A stretch of DNA of 63,652 bases, filler included, from Bigelowiella natans CCMP2755 (taxonomy: Eukaryota > Protista > Cercozoa): the NCBI GenBank assembly GCA_000320545.1. It is 5 parts of 5 records of this genome, joined end to end, with 100 filler letters (N's around TTAATTAATTAA, not from the genome) between each part and the next. Parts side by side here need not be neighbours in the genome. Positions count along the whole stretch, not along the records: positions 1 to 28,304 come from ADNK01001803.1; 4 more parts are not named here. One strand, given 5' to 3'. Both the position numbers and the translations under genes were made by a program. Positions within the stretch are counted from its first letter, which is position 1, and each line of letters opens with the position of its first letter. The notes beneath the pieces are model-generated. The model was not told the origin of the DNA and did not search any database. It worked only from the letters and a program-made list of their open reading frames with translations. Below, piece by piece: positions 13,282 to 27,102 of the stretch.

Positions 13282-13768
13282 TTGATGGTTCGACTGATAT
13301 TCCATTCGTTTCTCTCCCATTTCGCCGAATGCATCAATAAATGCATATATAGGTGGAAAGCCAGTCTATCAGAATTCGACTATATCGTTCTATTTGGAGC
13401 TAAAGATGCCACATCGTAAGACAGACAAAGAGCGCATACAATAGCCAGACAACAACCGAGAGCACCACCTTTCAACCATCATGAGCAATATCGATGATAT
13501 ATATTGGGACAAGAACTCTTGTGTTGCAAATATCTCGGCGATTTTGAGAAGAATGGTGATTTTCGTCTTGCAATGCGACATTTTGCTGTGTTGAAGGAGG
13601 GGTCAGTAACAGTTTTGGAGACTTGAGATCTTGATTGGTGCGTCTCCCATCTCTTAGGTTTATGGAAGATCTTGAGGATAAGCTCATAGAGGAAGAGACT
13701 AAGGTGGCGTGATGATCTATCGTCAATAGGATGAGAGATTTGGTGTAGTCATTATTTATTGCAATATC

Positions 13769-13808
<40 letters not shown>

Positions 13809-14187
13809 TCAATTGCTGTTCTTCGCTTTGTGAATGCAACTGCAGGAAGGGGCGAAGGTGATTGCTTGCCGTTTCCCGATGTCCACCTTCACGCCTATCT
13901 ATGAGGAGGTACACCTTGGGAGAGACCGCCGTATCGAACGCATGCCAACAGCGAGGGGCAAATATACAGTTGGGCCGAATGCGATTATTTTTATATTTTA
14001 ATGATTTCCACACATTGGGGTCCAGCACGAGAATATCTGGTGTACTTAGTGAAAATGCAAAATTCTATCGATGCAGGTCGATCCGGCTGGAGAGAAAGGC
14101 TTGGAGAGCGTGTGGGTCTACGACTTAGACGCCGAGAAGGCTAAGTTCCGAGAGCTCGAAGAGGACGACTATACTGCGTCAAGTTAA
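11612..14187 (+). CDS. FAM173-family (ATPSCKMT/ANTKMT-like) class I SAM-dependent lysine methyltransferase, multi-exon
   Basis: Exons: TM segment AGLIALGGIGTVVTGVI (about 11805-11880); GSGDGRVVIQAAKKG|IRSKGYEINS|WLVVYSMYSAWRQGLSRLASFHRKNL|WKASLSEFDYIVLFG; FMEDLEDKL; AKVIACRFPM; GLESVWVYD. Motif order matches FAM173. One or more exons are hidden in garbled sequence at 11950-12550. Confidence 0.85.
11947..12553. other. Low-quality, homopolymer-inflated sequence (probable read degradation)
   Basis: Bounded by two poly-C runs. Almost every base occurs in inflated runs, and it interrupts an otherwise coherent gene. Confidence 0.8.
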
Positions 14188-14890
14188 AGCAGTAGTGTAG
14201 GGACGACGAGACACCGACTAAAAAACCATGCTTCTACATGTCTACCTGATGTGTGCAGCCGTGCTGTGCTGTAACTAGTTTGTAGAAAAGGGGCTGTTAC
14301 AAATAATCGATTAATCTTGCTTTCACATACCGTCCACATCTATATTGGCAAGTGCCGTTGTTTACTTTCATTTTCTGTTGCGCAAGCTCTGCTGAATAAG
14401 CGTGCATGTGGTCGAAGATAATTTAAATTGACTATAACGACGAGCGACAGATGGCGAGCAGTTGGCTGCGCGCGCACTCTAGCACCATACCACGCTACAT
14501 GTGCATGTAGTGCGACGATCGATGTGCGCATCTTGTGGCATGCATGCAAAAAATATTGGCACCCCATCGTGCATGCATATGCTATGCTAGCACTGGAGCA
14601 TGCTCATAGTGCTGGATGATTAAAGCTAGAACACTACGATGCTTCGGCAACAACGTGTGTATGCGTTTGCATAATTCTCATACTAAGCGATTCGGATCTC
14701 AATAATATAAAAACATGCAATGGCGTGCAATACGAAACGGTCAAAGCGACGATGTTATTGAATAATTACAATGCATATATGCTCTTGGCGCAGGATTGGA
14801 TATCCTTTTACCGTTCTCTCATCATCGACCATTTCTAATAAAACGTCGATCGAGGGTGAGATGGCGATGATCTTTCACTTTGCTATTCTC

Positions 14891-17800
14891 CTAAGCATCA
14901 GCATGCACGAATTCGTCGTTGTTGACGAGGGTGTTGAAGTAGCGGCGGGTAGAGAGCTTCCTTCCAAGGGCGCGGTTGACCTTGTTCTCGAGGCCAGCTT
15001 GCAGCATCAGGTTCATATGTCTCTTCAGCTTAGGGAAATCGTGCGCATCAGGCTCCCTAGAAGATACGAGGAAGATGCGGTCGTCAGGAAGGCCGGTGTT
15101 GGCTCGGAGGTCCTCACGAATAACTTGCTTCGTCTCCTCAGGCGACAAGCCCATGTCCCACTCCGCGTTCTCTATCTCCAAGTCGATCTTGGTCCGCACA
15201 GCGAAGAAGGGCACGTTGTTGCGCGTCATCTCCTTCATCAACGTCAGGTCCGTTTCGGTGTAGCGCCCGGCTGCGATGACGATCACCAGGTCGAAGTACT
15301 TGATGCTGGAGAACAAAACAACGGCAACACACACACACACACACGCATCGCAGTTTTTATCAGCTATCACAGGAACATTGCCGTGTGCATGCAGCAGAGC
15401 GCGCGCACCAGCGCACGCCACATGCATCGTCAGAGGGGGAGGAATCAATAACAGCCGCACTTACCCCATCACGCGTAAGTAGGAGTTGAGAGGGAACTTT
15501 GGCGTTCCTGCACCGGGAAGGTCCCACAGTCGGAAGTGCTCTTGCCCGCTGCACGCAATGCCGTCGTCCTCCATTAGCTGGCAAGCTGCGTCTGTGAAGG
15601 TGTACGGGGTTGCAACCATCGTAGTCTCGACGTTTCCGACATTCGCGGCGCCGGCGTCATGGGAGTCGATCCCACGCATAGCGTTCATGAAAGAGCTCTT
15701 TCCGGTTCCTAAGGGCGTTCGTAGGGGGGGGGGGGTGAGAGAGTGGGCGGCGGCGTCCACCGTTAGGCCATTATGAAAATTGGCACGGAGAGAAGAGAGC
15801 ACACACTCACTCAAGAGTCACGCGAGCTTCGTTGTCTCGATCTCACCAATCTCACTTCGATACGACTAATTTCAGAATCCTCTTCTCTCCCCGCCCCGCC
15901 CCCCCCCGCCCGCTGATCGAGCGAATATCAAATACTGCGAATGTTGATAAAAGGAATTGATCCATCGCACTAAGCCCACACGCTGCTAATTTGTTGTTGT
16001 CATTGTTGGTTGAAGCGTTGTTATCGATGATATCTATATTACCTGAGCAACCACTGATAGCCAAGTTGCCCGTGCCTTTGTACCCAGCTTCTCGCATCCA
16101 TTGAGGCATGGGGTAAGCCAAAACCTGAAAGAGAGAGGGAGAGAAGAGAGATTGCGTTGGTTGAAGTGTGAGCGTGAGGAAGGTGTAACGCTCAATGTGA
16201 CATTTTAACTCCCCTCGGGTATGTTTACGCGCACAACGATTTCCTGCTGTATATGTGAGTCGCTAGCTGCACGCGCACCTCTCCGCCAGCCAAGTCAGCC
16301 GAATCTCCCCTGCATTCTTCGTCGAGCTTGGTGATGGGGAACAGGGTCATATCGACAGTGTCCATGCCTGTCATCGAGTACACACACAACGCACACAGTC
16401 GTAATCGTAAGGGGGGGCGAGAGGGTGCGAGAGAGAGAGAGAGAGAAGCGAGCGAGCGGATGCGAGAGACAGGGCACAGAAGTAAAAGCGTTCCAGTGGT
16501 GTTGAATATGCCAAAACGAATTTCATTTCACGGAAGCTCTTTCTCCCCCCCCCCCCCCCTGATCTCTCCCTGTCTACTTCGTACCGCCAACGAAGTGTTC
16601 TCGGGCCACCTGTCGCATCTGGCGAGGCTCTGGATCTCCGATGTAGCCGAAGGAGCAGTTGATGCAGACGATATCAGACGACTGTGTGCGCGATGCAACC
16701 TCCTACGGAGAGCAGCAGCCAGGGAAAGGACCAGGAAGGAGGACATTGTTAGGACATTGTTACATATTCATTGTTAGTATATTGTTACATATTCCATCCC
16801 TCACACTTCAGTATCATTATTATTATTATTATTAATAATAATAGTAGTAATAGTAGTAGTATTAGTAGTAGTAGTAGTAGTAGTAGTAGTACCTTGAGGA
16901 ACTCAATGCGGTTGGGGGCATTGACGTCTGCCCCATAAACGAAGAGTCGCTTAGCAGCTCCGAAATCAACAGGCTCCCCGATCCGCGCAACCACCCAGTT
17001 GGGGCCTAGATTGATGTTTTCCTGGTCGAAGGGCACACTAGGGTCCAGGAGGAGAGCGTTCACTTCACCAGTCTTTTCACCGTACTCCTTCAGAATCTGC
17101 ATACGCATGTACAGGTCGGAGAACGTCCACCACGGCATCGGGTCAAGCTCGAAGGCCGTGGCGAGCAGCCTTGGGCCGTTGACTTGCTCGGTGAGAATAG
17201 TGCGAAGAGAGTCTGTCGCTGAGGTCACAGCGTTAGCAACCTAAAGGTTTGATGAAAAAGGAAAGACGATGGTAAGAGTGCGTTTTAAGGGTAGAGCTGA
17301 AGGGAGGGAGGAGGAATAATAATAATAACAATAATTCTATATGAGAATCGTCACTACGTTCGCTTGCCCTCTATTTACGGAGAAATTACGTGGATTGTGA
17401 ATGCACAATACGGCATCATGTGTTTAATATATATGTACATACATCGGTAGGCAGTCCTCGATGATCACGGGTGACGATGTCGTCCCAAAATCCAGCGTCG
17501 CTGTGGCTAAATTCTTCCACTCCATTTCTGGAGTCAATGACGGAAGCTGCACGGTCCCTGATCCAGTAATCCGACTGGCTATTAATGGCAATGTTACGTC
17601 TACTGAGCTTATTGCACAGTGCAGCAGCGCCTTGGCGGAAGCCGATGCGGGGCAAGAACGTACGAGCAGCCTGATGAGTATGTAACACAATTTTCATCAT
17701 TAAATTTTTAATATTCTCCAGTCATTGCGTGGCATTAGGGTTTAGGGGGGAACAAACAATAAACGCTTCTAAATAATCTATTTTAAATGAACAACCGATC

Positions 17801-17903
17801 TCTGCGCAATTGGTGCGGACAGCGTCGACGAACTGCGCGATACGAAGACGGCAACCATTGCCAAGAGGCCCAGGCCAGCCATGAATAAAAACGACGATTT
17901 CAT
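14891..17903 (-). CDS. Immunity-related GTPase (IRG/p47/IIGP-like) with N-terminal signal peptide plus transit-like peptide, 8 exons
   Basis: All seven introns are GT-AG and phase-consistent by hand. First three exons are 17903-17796, 17670-17443 and 17240-about 16893. G1 ISGCSG|TGKSSFMNAMRG, G2 region VGNVETTM, G3 WDLPGAGT, YFDLVIVIAAGRY, G4 FFAVRTKID, G5 IFLVSS...DFPKL. These are IRG hallmarks of the GKS type. Confidence 0.9.
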
Positions 17904-19646
17904 ACTGGTCTTACTACTGCGACTCTGTCTGCTGACTTGGAATTGGTGACAATACAGGAGGCATATAACAAGCAATAAAACTAAGTCAAACGCTGGAGGA
18001 ATAAGCACATCTTCTTTCGAAAATCAGCCCTCGTTACAAAGAGCTATGCCTGCTTTCAGAAGAGCTAATGGAAGCTGAAAGGCCCCGGTGCACGTCTGGC
18101 TAACATCTCAACTAGAACCCCCCAAAAATAGCTCTACCACTACTTCTAACTGCTCTGACGGCAGACTACTGCCACGAAACTACAGTCCCACCCCTTCGCG
18201 CCAACCTGTTCGCGAGCTTTGTATTTTTCTGTCACGTCGATTGCGGCGATTTACAGGGTCCAGACTACAAACATTCTAGATTCGCGTCTGAATCCCATGC
18301 GTTTTTGTTACTTTTAGTTAAGCAAATAAGAGATTTCTTCTATGGCGACCTTTATAACCCATTAGGTTGTAATCGTATGACGAAAGGAGTAAATGGATTT
18401 TAATCTATGAATTTAAGGATAAATACCGGGATTAAAATACGTAATTTTTGCCCTGGAGCAACCCTATGCGATGGAGTCGTACCCCATCGAATATTTAAGA
18501 CTCATAAAATATTCTACATCTGCATAATCGCAAGTAAATTTCAAATATATTTTATCAGAATATGACTATTTATATAGTCTTTCGTCTCATATTAACACCC
18601 TCAGCAGGATCAATGGTCAAACATCCACTCTAAATAAATGTTGTTAGATATATTTCGAAAGGAAGGAAATTGCAAATCGTTTCAACTGCAACATATTTTT
18701 AATAAAAATCGACAATATTCTCTGTCTCCCGTATGATATGCATCTGTGAAATTAGTTAAGAGTTGGGCCGTTAAAACTGTGTCTGTTACAGCCGAAGAGG
18801 AAATGTACCGGTTCGCTAAATGAGAAAATGCATGGCGTTTATCTAGATCTATGGAATTCTTCTTTTAATCAGCCAACCGATGTTCCGAACAGCGAAGATC
18901 GTGATTCGGAGCCAACGAAAAAAAAATGCGCGAAAGGATTTTCTTTGTTGCATCAGAGGAACTTGTGATGCCAAAGGGCTGCAGAAAGAAGAATTTAACC
19001 TTACGACAATTATAAATATTTGACGTAAGTAAAACTTACCTGTGCATATTGTTAAACCCTGACTTTTTATACTCGCCCTCTGGTATGATTGCTTCTCGAC
19101 GACGTTCGGAATATTATGGTGGTTGGCTTCTCTCATGCAACCCCTAACTTCCGAGGTTGAACCGATTTTGAAGGCACATTCAGTGTAAGGTTGGGAGCTA
19201 AAAGATTTTGTAGCCAACTGACTTCCGTATTTATTCTCTTCCGTGACAATATACTGCTAAACCCGCTGTCATATGAACCTCGATCATTCACCCGTTACGT
19301 CCATGATTGAAGCAGGATAATGAGGACAAGAACTCGAAGCGCCGGCATTAAGCCAGTGGTATCCATTCAACGTCATAAGGTTAGTCCCCATTTGGTTGGG
19401 AGGTTCATCGGTTCTATGAGAGAGAGCGAAACTATACATCACACACGTCACCGTACCTAATCTGCAAGCTTAATGCAAAAAGAGGGATGCTTACGTCCTG
19501 ACGTACATAAACCGTTTGGGGAATTGAGGTGGGCGGGGAATTTGATTATTTGCTAATAAATGCTCTTACAGCCTCTCCATGCTTCCTCTGCAAGAAACCC
19601 ATCGCTACCAATACCTGAGCGTGGGGAAAATTCGAAGAGCGCAGCC

Positions 19647-21135
19647 ATGGTTAGGAGAAACAAAGTTTTGGCTGAGGCGGTGAGGGGAAAGCTCAATCGA
19701 CCTCAAGTGCGAAAGCCTAGAAGGAATCAAAAGCCTGGTGTAATGAAGACGGGGGGAGGAAGCAACGCTCTGGTTTTAGCAAAGGATAGGAAGGTTGGCT
19801 ACTATCATTCCACTACCTAGTATCCCCACACTGCCTTTTATCCACTGATTGTTACCATTTGATTCTTTTAAAAAATGGATTTTCATAGACCGCATTGACT
19901 ATCAGCGAAGCGATCGAGAGAGCGTATCGAACGTAAGAAAATAACATGTGCAGTTGAGATAGATCTCATCAAAAGGATGTTGCATATCATCGTTGGCTTC
20001 ACAGAGAATTTAGACTTGCCGACATTATCCAGGAAGCGAAACTTAGCGAATCGAAACCATCTTCTAGAAGCAAAGGTAATATTAAATATGGCCATGAGCT
20101 CACTAGTTCGTGATGAAATGTGTCAAAGCAATTGAATAACCGCATTTGCAATATCTTCACGGAATCTCTTCCTCCCCCATCCTCTCCTCACACCGTCAAG
20201 ATTCGACGAGCACGGGGGCAGGCGTCTAAGCTACTTCACTCAAACTCCAAAGCTTCTTCTAAGTCCGAGAAAAAAAAACCTAGGAAAAGAACGCAAGGAC
20301 GCGCATGGAACCCTGCCATGACCAAAGGCCCCATCGTAACTACCGGTGGTGGTGGGAGCTTTCGTGTTGAGAAGCGATCAATTGCACAGCCAAACGATGA
20401 TGGAGGCAGTGCTTTTGGCGACGATGGCAAGGCGACGAAAGGGACGAAAAATCAAGCACAGCAACCTGAGCCAAACCCCCCCCCACGCCCCTCGCATTTA
20501 CAGGTTGTGGGATTTCCTGTACTTTGCAATGCATTCGAAAATGGCTACACGTGTTGATCAGAGCATTGCTGTGTCGCCTGTACTAGCACTGAAAGTGAGA
20601 CACATTATTTGCCGTATTGATCCCCCCCCCAAGAAATTCAATCGGTATTTATGAATTGATGTTGTGCGAGTCCCGCGACACCATTGATTATGCCTCGGGA
20701 TGGGTACCACCCGTGGGTTTTGTTTGATTTCATTTAAATATTCTTCGATATCGCACACCATCCGCACAACTATATATGAACGAATATCCCTAATTCAGCC
20801 CCCCGGCATCGACGAGGGGAGAAAAGAAGGCGACGGCGGTCGAGGCGATATGACGCGGAGGGGGGGAAGCCGTTCCTCTAGTCGCAAGGTTTCAATCTCC
20901 TCGCGTGACGAAAACACCGGCTTTGTCGCCGACAGGGGCAGCAACAGCAAGAAGCAAAACAAGCTCTACGGCAGCATGTCTCAGCCTAGTGCGGCGGACC
21001 CTGCCTCTGTGCCCCAATTCGAGTCCAAAGCAGCAGCCATAGCTGCAGCAGCAGCAGCATTATCATCAAAGCAACCTCAAGGAGATTCACGTCTTGCCGG
21101 CCCACACTCGTCCAAACTCCAGCCTACTACTACTG

Positions 21136-21168
<33 letters not shown>

Positions 21169-22972
21169 TTAAGGCGACAAGAACGACACCTGGAGGGCAG
21201 GGACTGGCAAGTGGTGACCCTGTATTGCGACGGATCGCTCACAAAATCGCATATCCTTCTCCCAGCCCCCAGCAGCCGCCACAATCATCATCATCGTCTA
21301 ACAGTGCTGCAGTGAGCAAAACGGCAACGGCGGCTGCTGCGAAGCAGAAGAACACCAAACGGCGAAAGAGCAGCAGCGCCTATTCAACATCATCACATCA
21401 GCCGCTCGCCCCCCCCCCAACCCGGGAGCAACTATCGTCATCTGATACGCGTGCGATGAGAGCGCGAAAGCTTATGTTCCCCAATCCAGAGGGGAAGAGT
21501 AAGGACGGCGGCGAAAAGAGTAAGCATCCTATCGAAGCAGTCGAAGAAGAAAGAAAGAAGGCTCTGGAGGAGATGAGGCAATGGGAACGGCGACGGCAAG
21601 AAGGTTTTCTCTAGATTCGATGTCACTTACAATACTGAATATGTATTCTCTCGCCCCCCCCCCCCCCCCCCCCCTTACACAAATTGTTAGCATACATCCC
21701 CAGTACATATAGCCCTCTAGTGCACGATCAGCAGCAAGCATTACAACAAATATCCTTTCTTCTCCTACCTGCAGCACTACCCCCTCCGGAAACACCCCTC
21801 CGGAACGCGAGCCCTTTGCCTCCCCGCGACAACAGGGCCAACCGGAAAGCAGTCGCCCCCGACTACGAGGAGGACCCGTACTTCTCGGCGCACCTTGACT
21901 CCCCGGAGCGAGTCTCCGCCGCGCTCACAACGCACGAGATCGACACGCTGAAACAGCTGTTGAACCGGAAACTCCCAGAGCTGGATGGCCGCTATCGAGG
22001 CGCGCTGAAGCGGATAGGCCCAGGAGGAGGGAGGGGCGGCACCGCTGATTACACGTCTCCGCTGGGCGTGCTTGCCGCGGCGCGGGAAGATTTCCGTCAT
22101 TCGGCTTCGCTCCTAAATCCCAGCTTCGACTACCATACGCTGCATAAAGATCATTTCTCGCTCTTGCAGACCCTGGGCTCGCTTACCCCCTCCCCTCTCC
22201 AGTCGATCCTCAGCGCGAAAGGGAGGGGGCTGGATCCTTCCGCGGCGGTGGCGGCGGCAATTAGCGGCCAGGGAGAAGCTGCTGCTTCAGGGCGGGGTAG
22301 GTTCTCCCTCAATGAGCCTGTTGTTCTTGTTGGGCTGTCGAGCAAGGCGCCAGCATTTGATGGAAGGGTTGGGCGTGTGCGAGGTCCTCCCGGCCCAAGT
22401 GGGAGAATCCCGGTAGTAAATGCACCCCAACGGACGGAAACTGCTTTTTTCTCCTCCTCCTCCTCCTCCTCCTCCTCCTCCTTGCTCTGCTTCTTTTTCT
22501 TCTTCTCTTTCTTCTTGTTCTTGCTCCCCTTCCACGTTTGGCTTGTTGTTCTTGTCTTTCTTTCTCCTTGTCGTTCCTCGTCTCGATCTTCGTCGGAAAC
22601 TGTGCGTAGTAGAGTAGTAATAGTAGTAGTAGTAGTAGTAGTAGCAGCAGTACCAATAGCTTGCAAGGGGCCTGTTATCGTGTGTTAACTGATAGCCCAT
22701 TTGCAGGTGTTCTTGGCGGCGGCGGATGAGCACAACGACGATGACGACTACAGCAGTGCGACTGATAGTGGGGGGGGAGGTAAAGCAGGCCGAGGAGGGA
22801 ACACGGTGTACGTGAAACCTGAGAACTTGGCGAAACCGCACACTCTTAACGCGCTGCAAGGCGCGGGGGCAGCTGCCACTGATAGCATATCGAAGCTGGT
22901 AATCTTAGCGATGCAACCCAGCTTTTTCCTTGCCAGCTCAGCAAATTTCATCCGCACGCCAATCCCACGCTG

Positions 22973-23003
<31 letters not shown>

Positions 23004-23032
23004 AGCACACGCGCGGGCGCGCCCACGCCACG

Positions 23033-23088
<56 letters not shown>

Positions 23089-25027
23089 TCTGAACTCCTG
23101 CTTACATGATTGTTTCGTGCATTGGTATTGCTACTACTACTCTACTACTACTCTACTACTACTACTACTCTACTACTACTACTTCTACTACTATTGATTG
23201 AAAGGTTGATGTCGCGGTCTCAAAAGCCGACAAGGCCGTTTTGGAAGGGTGGCGTGCGGACAGAGGCAGTGACCGCAAGGGCCGGCGCGGCAAAGGCAAA
23301 AAGAAAAGCATCACCCTTGCAATCCCTGGTTCTTCCTCTTCCGCAGTAGCAGGCCTGAAGTCTGACAGGAAGCACCGCGACGAGAAGGAAGGAGGCGGCA
23401 GCCCCCGGGGTAGAAGGAGGGCGCGCAAAGCAGATGGCGGCGAGGGGGGGGGGGAGGAGCACTTCTCCTGGTGGTTCTCCTATCTCCAGAAAGTCGAAGA
23501 GTATACGAGGATGTACTCACCCGAAGACCCCCCTCTTCCCACCGAGCGTCCCGCCGCGGGAGTAGATCATGAAATGGCTCTCGCACTAGTGACCCAGCAG
23601 CAATCGCCGCCGCAGCAGCAGCAGCAGCAGCAAGTTGCCGTTTTGAAGGAGGAGGAGCATGCGCAGCACAGCTCTCCGTCGTATCAAAACCCTAAAATGT
23701 CGCGTCACAGGCCCGAGAATCTGCTGAACCTGACAACCAAACCGGAGATGCTGACCCCTCCCCCTTCTCCGCTGAAGAGTCGAGGCGATGGTAGCAATGG
23801 GGGGGCGGCATCGAAGCAGGCTCCCACTTCGCAACGTAAGCCCTTCTTTCTAAAGCACCAATTTAATGATGTATAACTTGGCCGTCTCCCTCCTCCTCCT
23901 CCTCCTCCTCCTCTTCCTCCTCCTCCTCCTCTTCCCGCTCATTTTCCTTTCTTCTTCTTCTTCTTCTTCTTCTTCTTCTTCTTCTGCTTCATCGTCATCT
24001 TCTTCATCTTCTTCTTCCTCTCTGTGCCCCGTCATCCCATCGCCGTTGTCGTTCTTTACACGGATCCCCCAAATCGTTGTTTCCTACCGTCGCCGCGCAG
24101 AAGGGTATTATTCTCGAGAGGGGAAGGAGTTTACCAAGGTTGCTGATATCGCCCCCCCTCCAAACCTGCTCGTGGGTGCTGCTGCTGCTGCTGATGATGA
24201 TGATGACAAAGCGTCGCTACCAGTGGCAGCAGGACGATACCAAGACTTCGCTTATCCGAGCAGGTAAGTAGAAATTAGGTGAACACTATCACTCTGATGA
24301 TGATGGAAATGATGATGATGGAAATGATGATGTTGTTGCAGTCAAAATAACGATGATGATGGTGATGATGACGAGGATTGATGATGGTGGTGATGTGGTA
24401 CTTTGCAGTCCTCCGTTGGAGGGAAGGAGTGCAGGGTGGTTGCGAAACCAAATGGAATATGAGATCAGAAAGTAGCAGCAGCCAATAGTAGTCGTAGTCG
24501 TAGTGGGAACACCTAGAGGATGAGAGAGGGGGAAGGAGAAACAAGAAGAATCGTAGATGTTACACTTGGAGTCGTCGTAGCATTAGTGGAGACAGGGGGC
24601 GGAGAGAGGGGGGGGTGGGGGGATAATGTAAAATTTAGTAATATTATTAGCTTCTCAACTTCATTTTCTATTCGAATACTTGTTTCTTTACATCATGAGT
24701 TCTCATCACTCTGGTGGCTTCTACTTGTACTCTCGCTCTCTCTATCTCTCTTTCTCTCTCTCTCTTTCTCTCCACCATTTTACTTTTTCATTTCTACGAG
24801 TGCATCTTTGTGTGGATGCATGCGTGTGTGTGTGTGTGCGTGTGTGTGTATGTGCGTGATACGATTCTCCACGATGCCCTTGTGTAAGCTGCTGTGCTGT
24901 GTATGATGCGTGTATTCGCAGCATGGCTGATAAGCAGACGAAAGAGGAAAAGGTACTTCTCCTCATTGTCTTCCAACACATATATGTTGTGGCACAAACT
25001 CGTAGCACAGATACCTACTACGCACAC

Positions 25028-25079
<52 letters not shown>

Positions 25080-27062
25080 GCATACTCTCGCAATATGTCG
25101 CAATATGACACTCTCTCGCTTGTTTCCCTCGCTTTCTCGTGACGCAACGATTTCGTGGGTGTGCAAGGTTCGGAATGCTCTGGATGAGAGTCTAAGAGAA
25201 GAAAGGGAGAGAAAGGTGATGATGAGCTTATTGGATAGCCGCCATATTATACGACCGCGTGGATTGTTGACCATTGCTTGTGTTTTATGAACGGTTTTGC
25301 CGCCAAGAGAGAGAGGGGGGGGGGGAGGGGGTTAGGGCGAGAGAGAGATCGAGAGGTGAAGGCCAGGGGAGGAAAGTTTCTTTCCTACGATACAGCTACT
25401 TCTAAAGTTTGCATTACATTATTAAAAATTGCGTATCACTGAGCGGTACCACCTGTTGTTCGAAAATATGATCATGTAATTCCGTACCTGGTGGGGGGCA
25501 GGCCATTGAAAACGAGCAATCTCGCGTGCTCCACCGGCTGCGGCAGAGGAAGTTTGATATGCTTATTGAAAAGGTATTTTTGCTGCTATATGCTAACAAT
25601 TAGAGAAGATAGCCCTTTGCGTTGTATCTAGAAATAATACGAGCACAACTTTCTCATTATGCTGTCAACCTCCCCCCCCCCCCCCCTGTGTTTCTCCAGG
25701 AACAGAAAGAACTCGCTCTGATTCCCGACCAGAATATCTTAGAGAACCAAAGGTATTTGCGATAGGGAGCAGCGTGTGTGCGGTGCATGTGTGCATGTGT
25801 GTGTGTGTGTGTGTGTGTGTATTGTGCACGTGTACATATGTGCGTGTGCGTGGAAGGCATGATGGCCGATAAATATCGTTCAAATATCATATCGTTCAAA
25901 TATCATAAATATCGTTTCTCTTATCTATTTGCGACATCGCCCCATCCCCACCCCCCCCCCCCTTCTCCTCCTCCTTCTCCTCCTTTCCCATACGACCCCT
26001 CTCCCGCATCTAGACGCGTGGCTGTCAGGAGAGCTCTGATGGAAGAAGCAGAATCTGCCAGAGAGGCCGCACGGCGCGCTGAGACCGCACGCAAGCTTCG
26101 GCAAAAGCAGCACCAGCAAGAACAGGAGGCGATGGAGGCAGAGGCGGAGGCTAAAAAGGCGAAGGAGAAACTCAGGGGATCGAGGAGGAAAGATCGGCCG
26201 ACAGCAGCGACAGATGCAAAGACCTCGCCCAATCGCAGCCCTGATGCGAAGGAGAAAGAAGGGGATAACGATGTTGATGATGACAACAACAACAACAATC
26301 CTCTCCATGAGCTGCTAGCGTATGCCAAAGGGGGGAGGCGGAACAACGGCGGGTCAGTTGGTTTGCCACTTCGGTCTCTCGCCTTCTTCTCCACCAGCAT
26401 GCTATCATTTATCGCCATCACCTCCGCAGTATGAATATACCATAACAATGCTGCGCTGCTGCTGCTGCTGCTGTGGCTTGTTGCATCTTTATTTGGGTCA
26501 TTTAGAGGCGGCGGCGCGACGGAGAATGACTGGCACTGGGGTGGAGGGCCGGGAATGATCGTTCCCCAGTTGTATGCTGATGGGCCGATGTCCTTGATTC
26601 ATCCACGGTGATAAATGATACCGTCTTATATAAACATGTTAGGGAGAGAGGGGGAGAGTAGTGATGGGGAGGAAGAAAAATAACCCTCTGAGTTCTCGTT
26701 TCTAGGAGTTTTTTTTAAACGCTCCCCCCCCTCCCCTCCCCCTGCTGATTGCTGTCACAGGCCGTCCAATCGACCGGATGAAAAGGGAAAACATCTTGCG
26801 GAAGAAGAAGCCCGGCAGCAGATGCGCGCGAAGGTGCTGTTGCATTGCATTCTCCTCCGTAACAAAATAACATCTAAAAAAAAGCGGTCATAAGCGATGG
26901 AAAAATTAAACAAAAACTAGCCGGCCTTCCTTGATTTTCTCCTCTTCCCAATTGAAAGAGCTTTGTGCATGTTTTTGTGTTGGCCGGCAGGGCAATAGCA
27001 AACCAAATGCGATTTTTTTTTCCCTTAAACAAGATCTTGTGATATGCATGCATCGGTGTGTG

Positions 27063-27102
<40 letters not shown>

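Noticed and set aside
18300-18850. AT-rich stretch as a possible viral or organellar insertion
   Set aside because: No long ORF, terminal repeats or recognisable genes. It is compatible with an ordinary divergent intergenic region.
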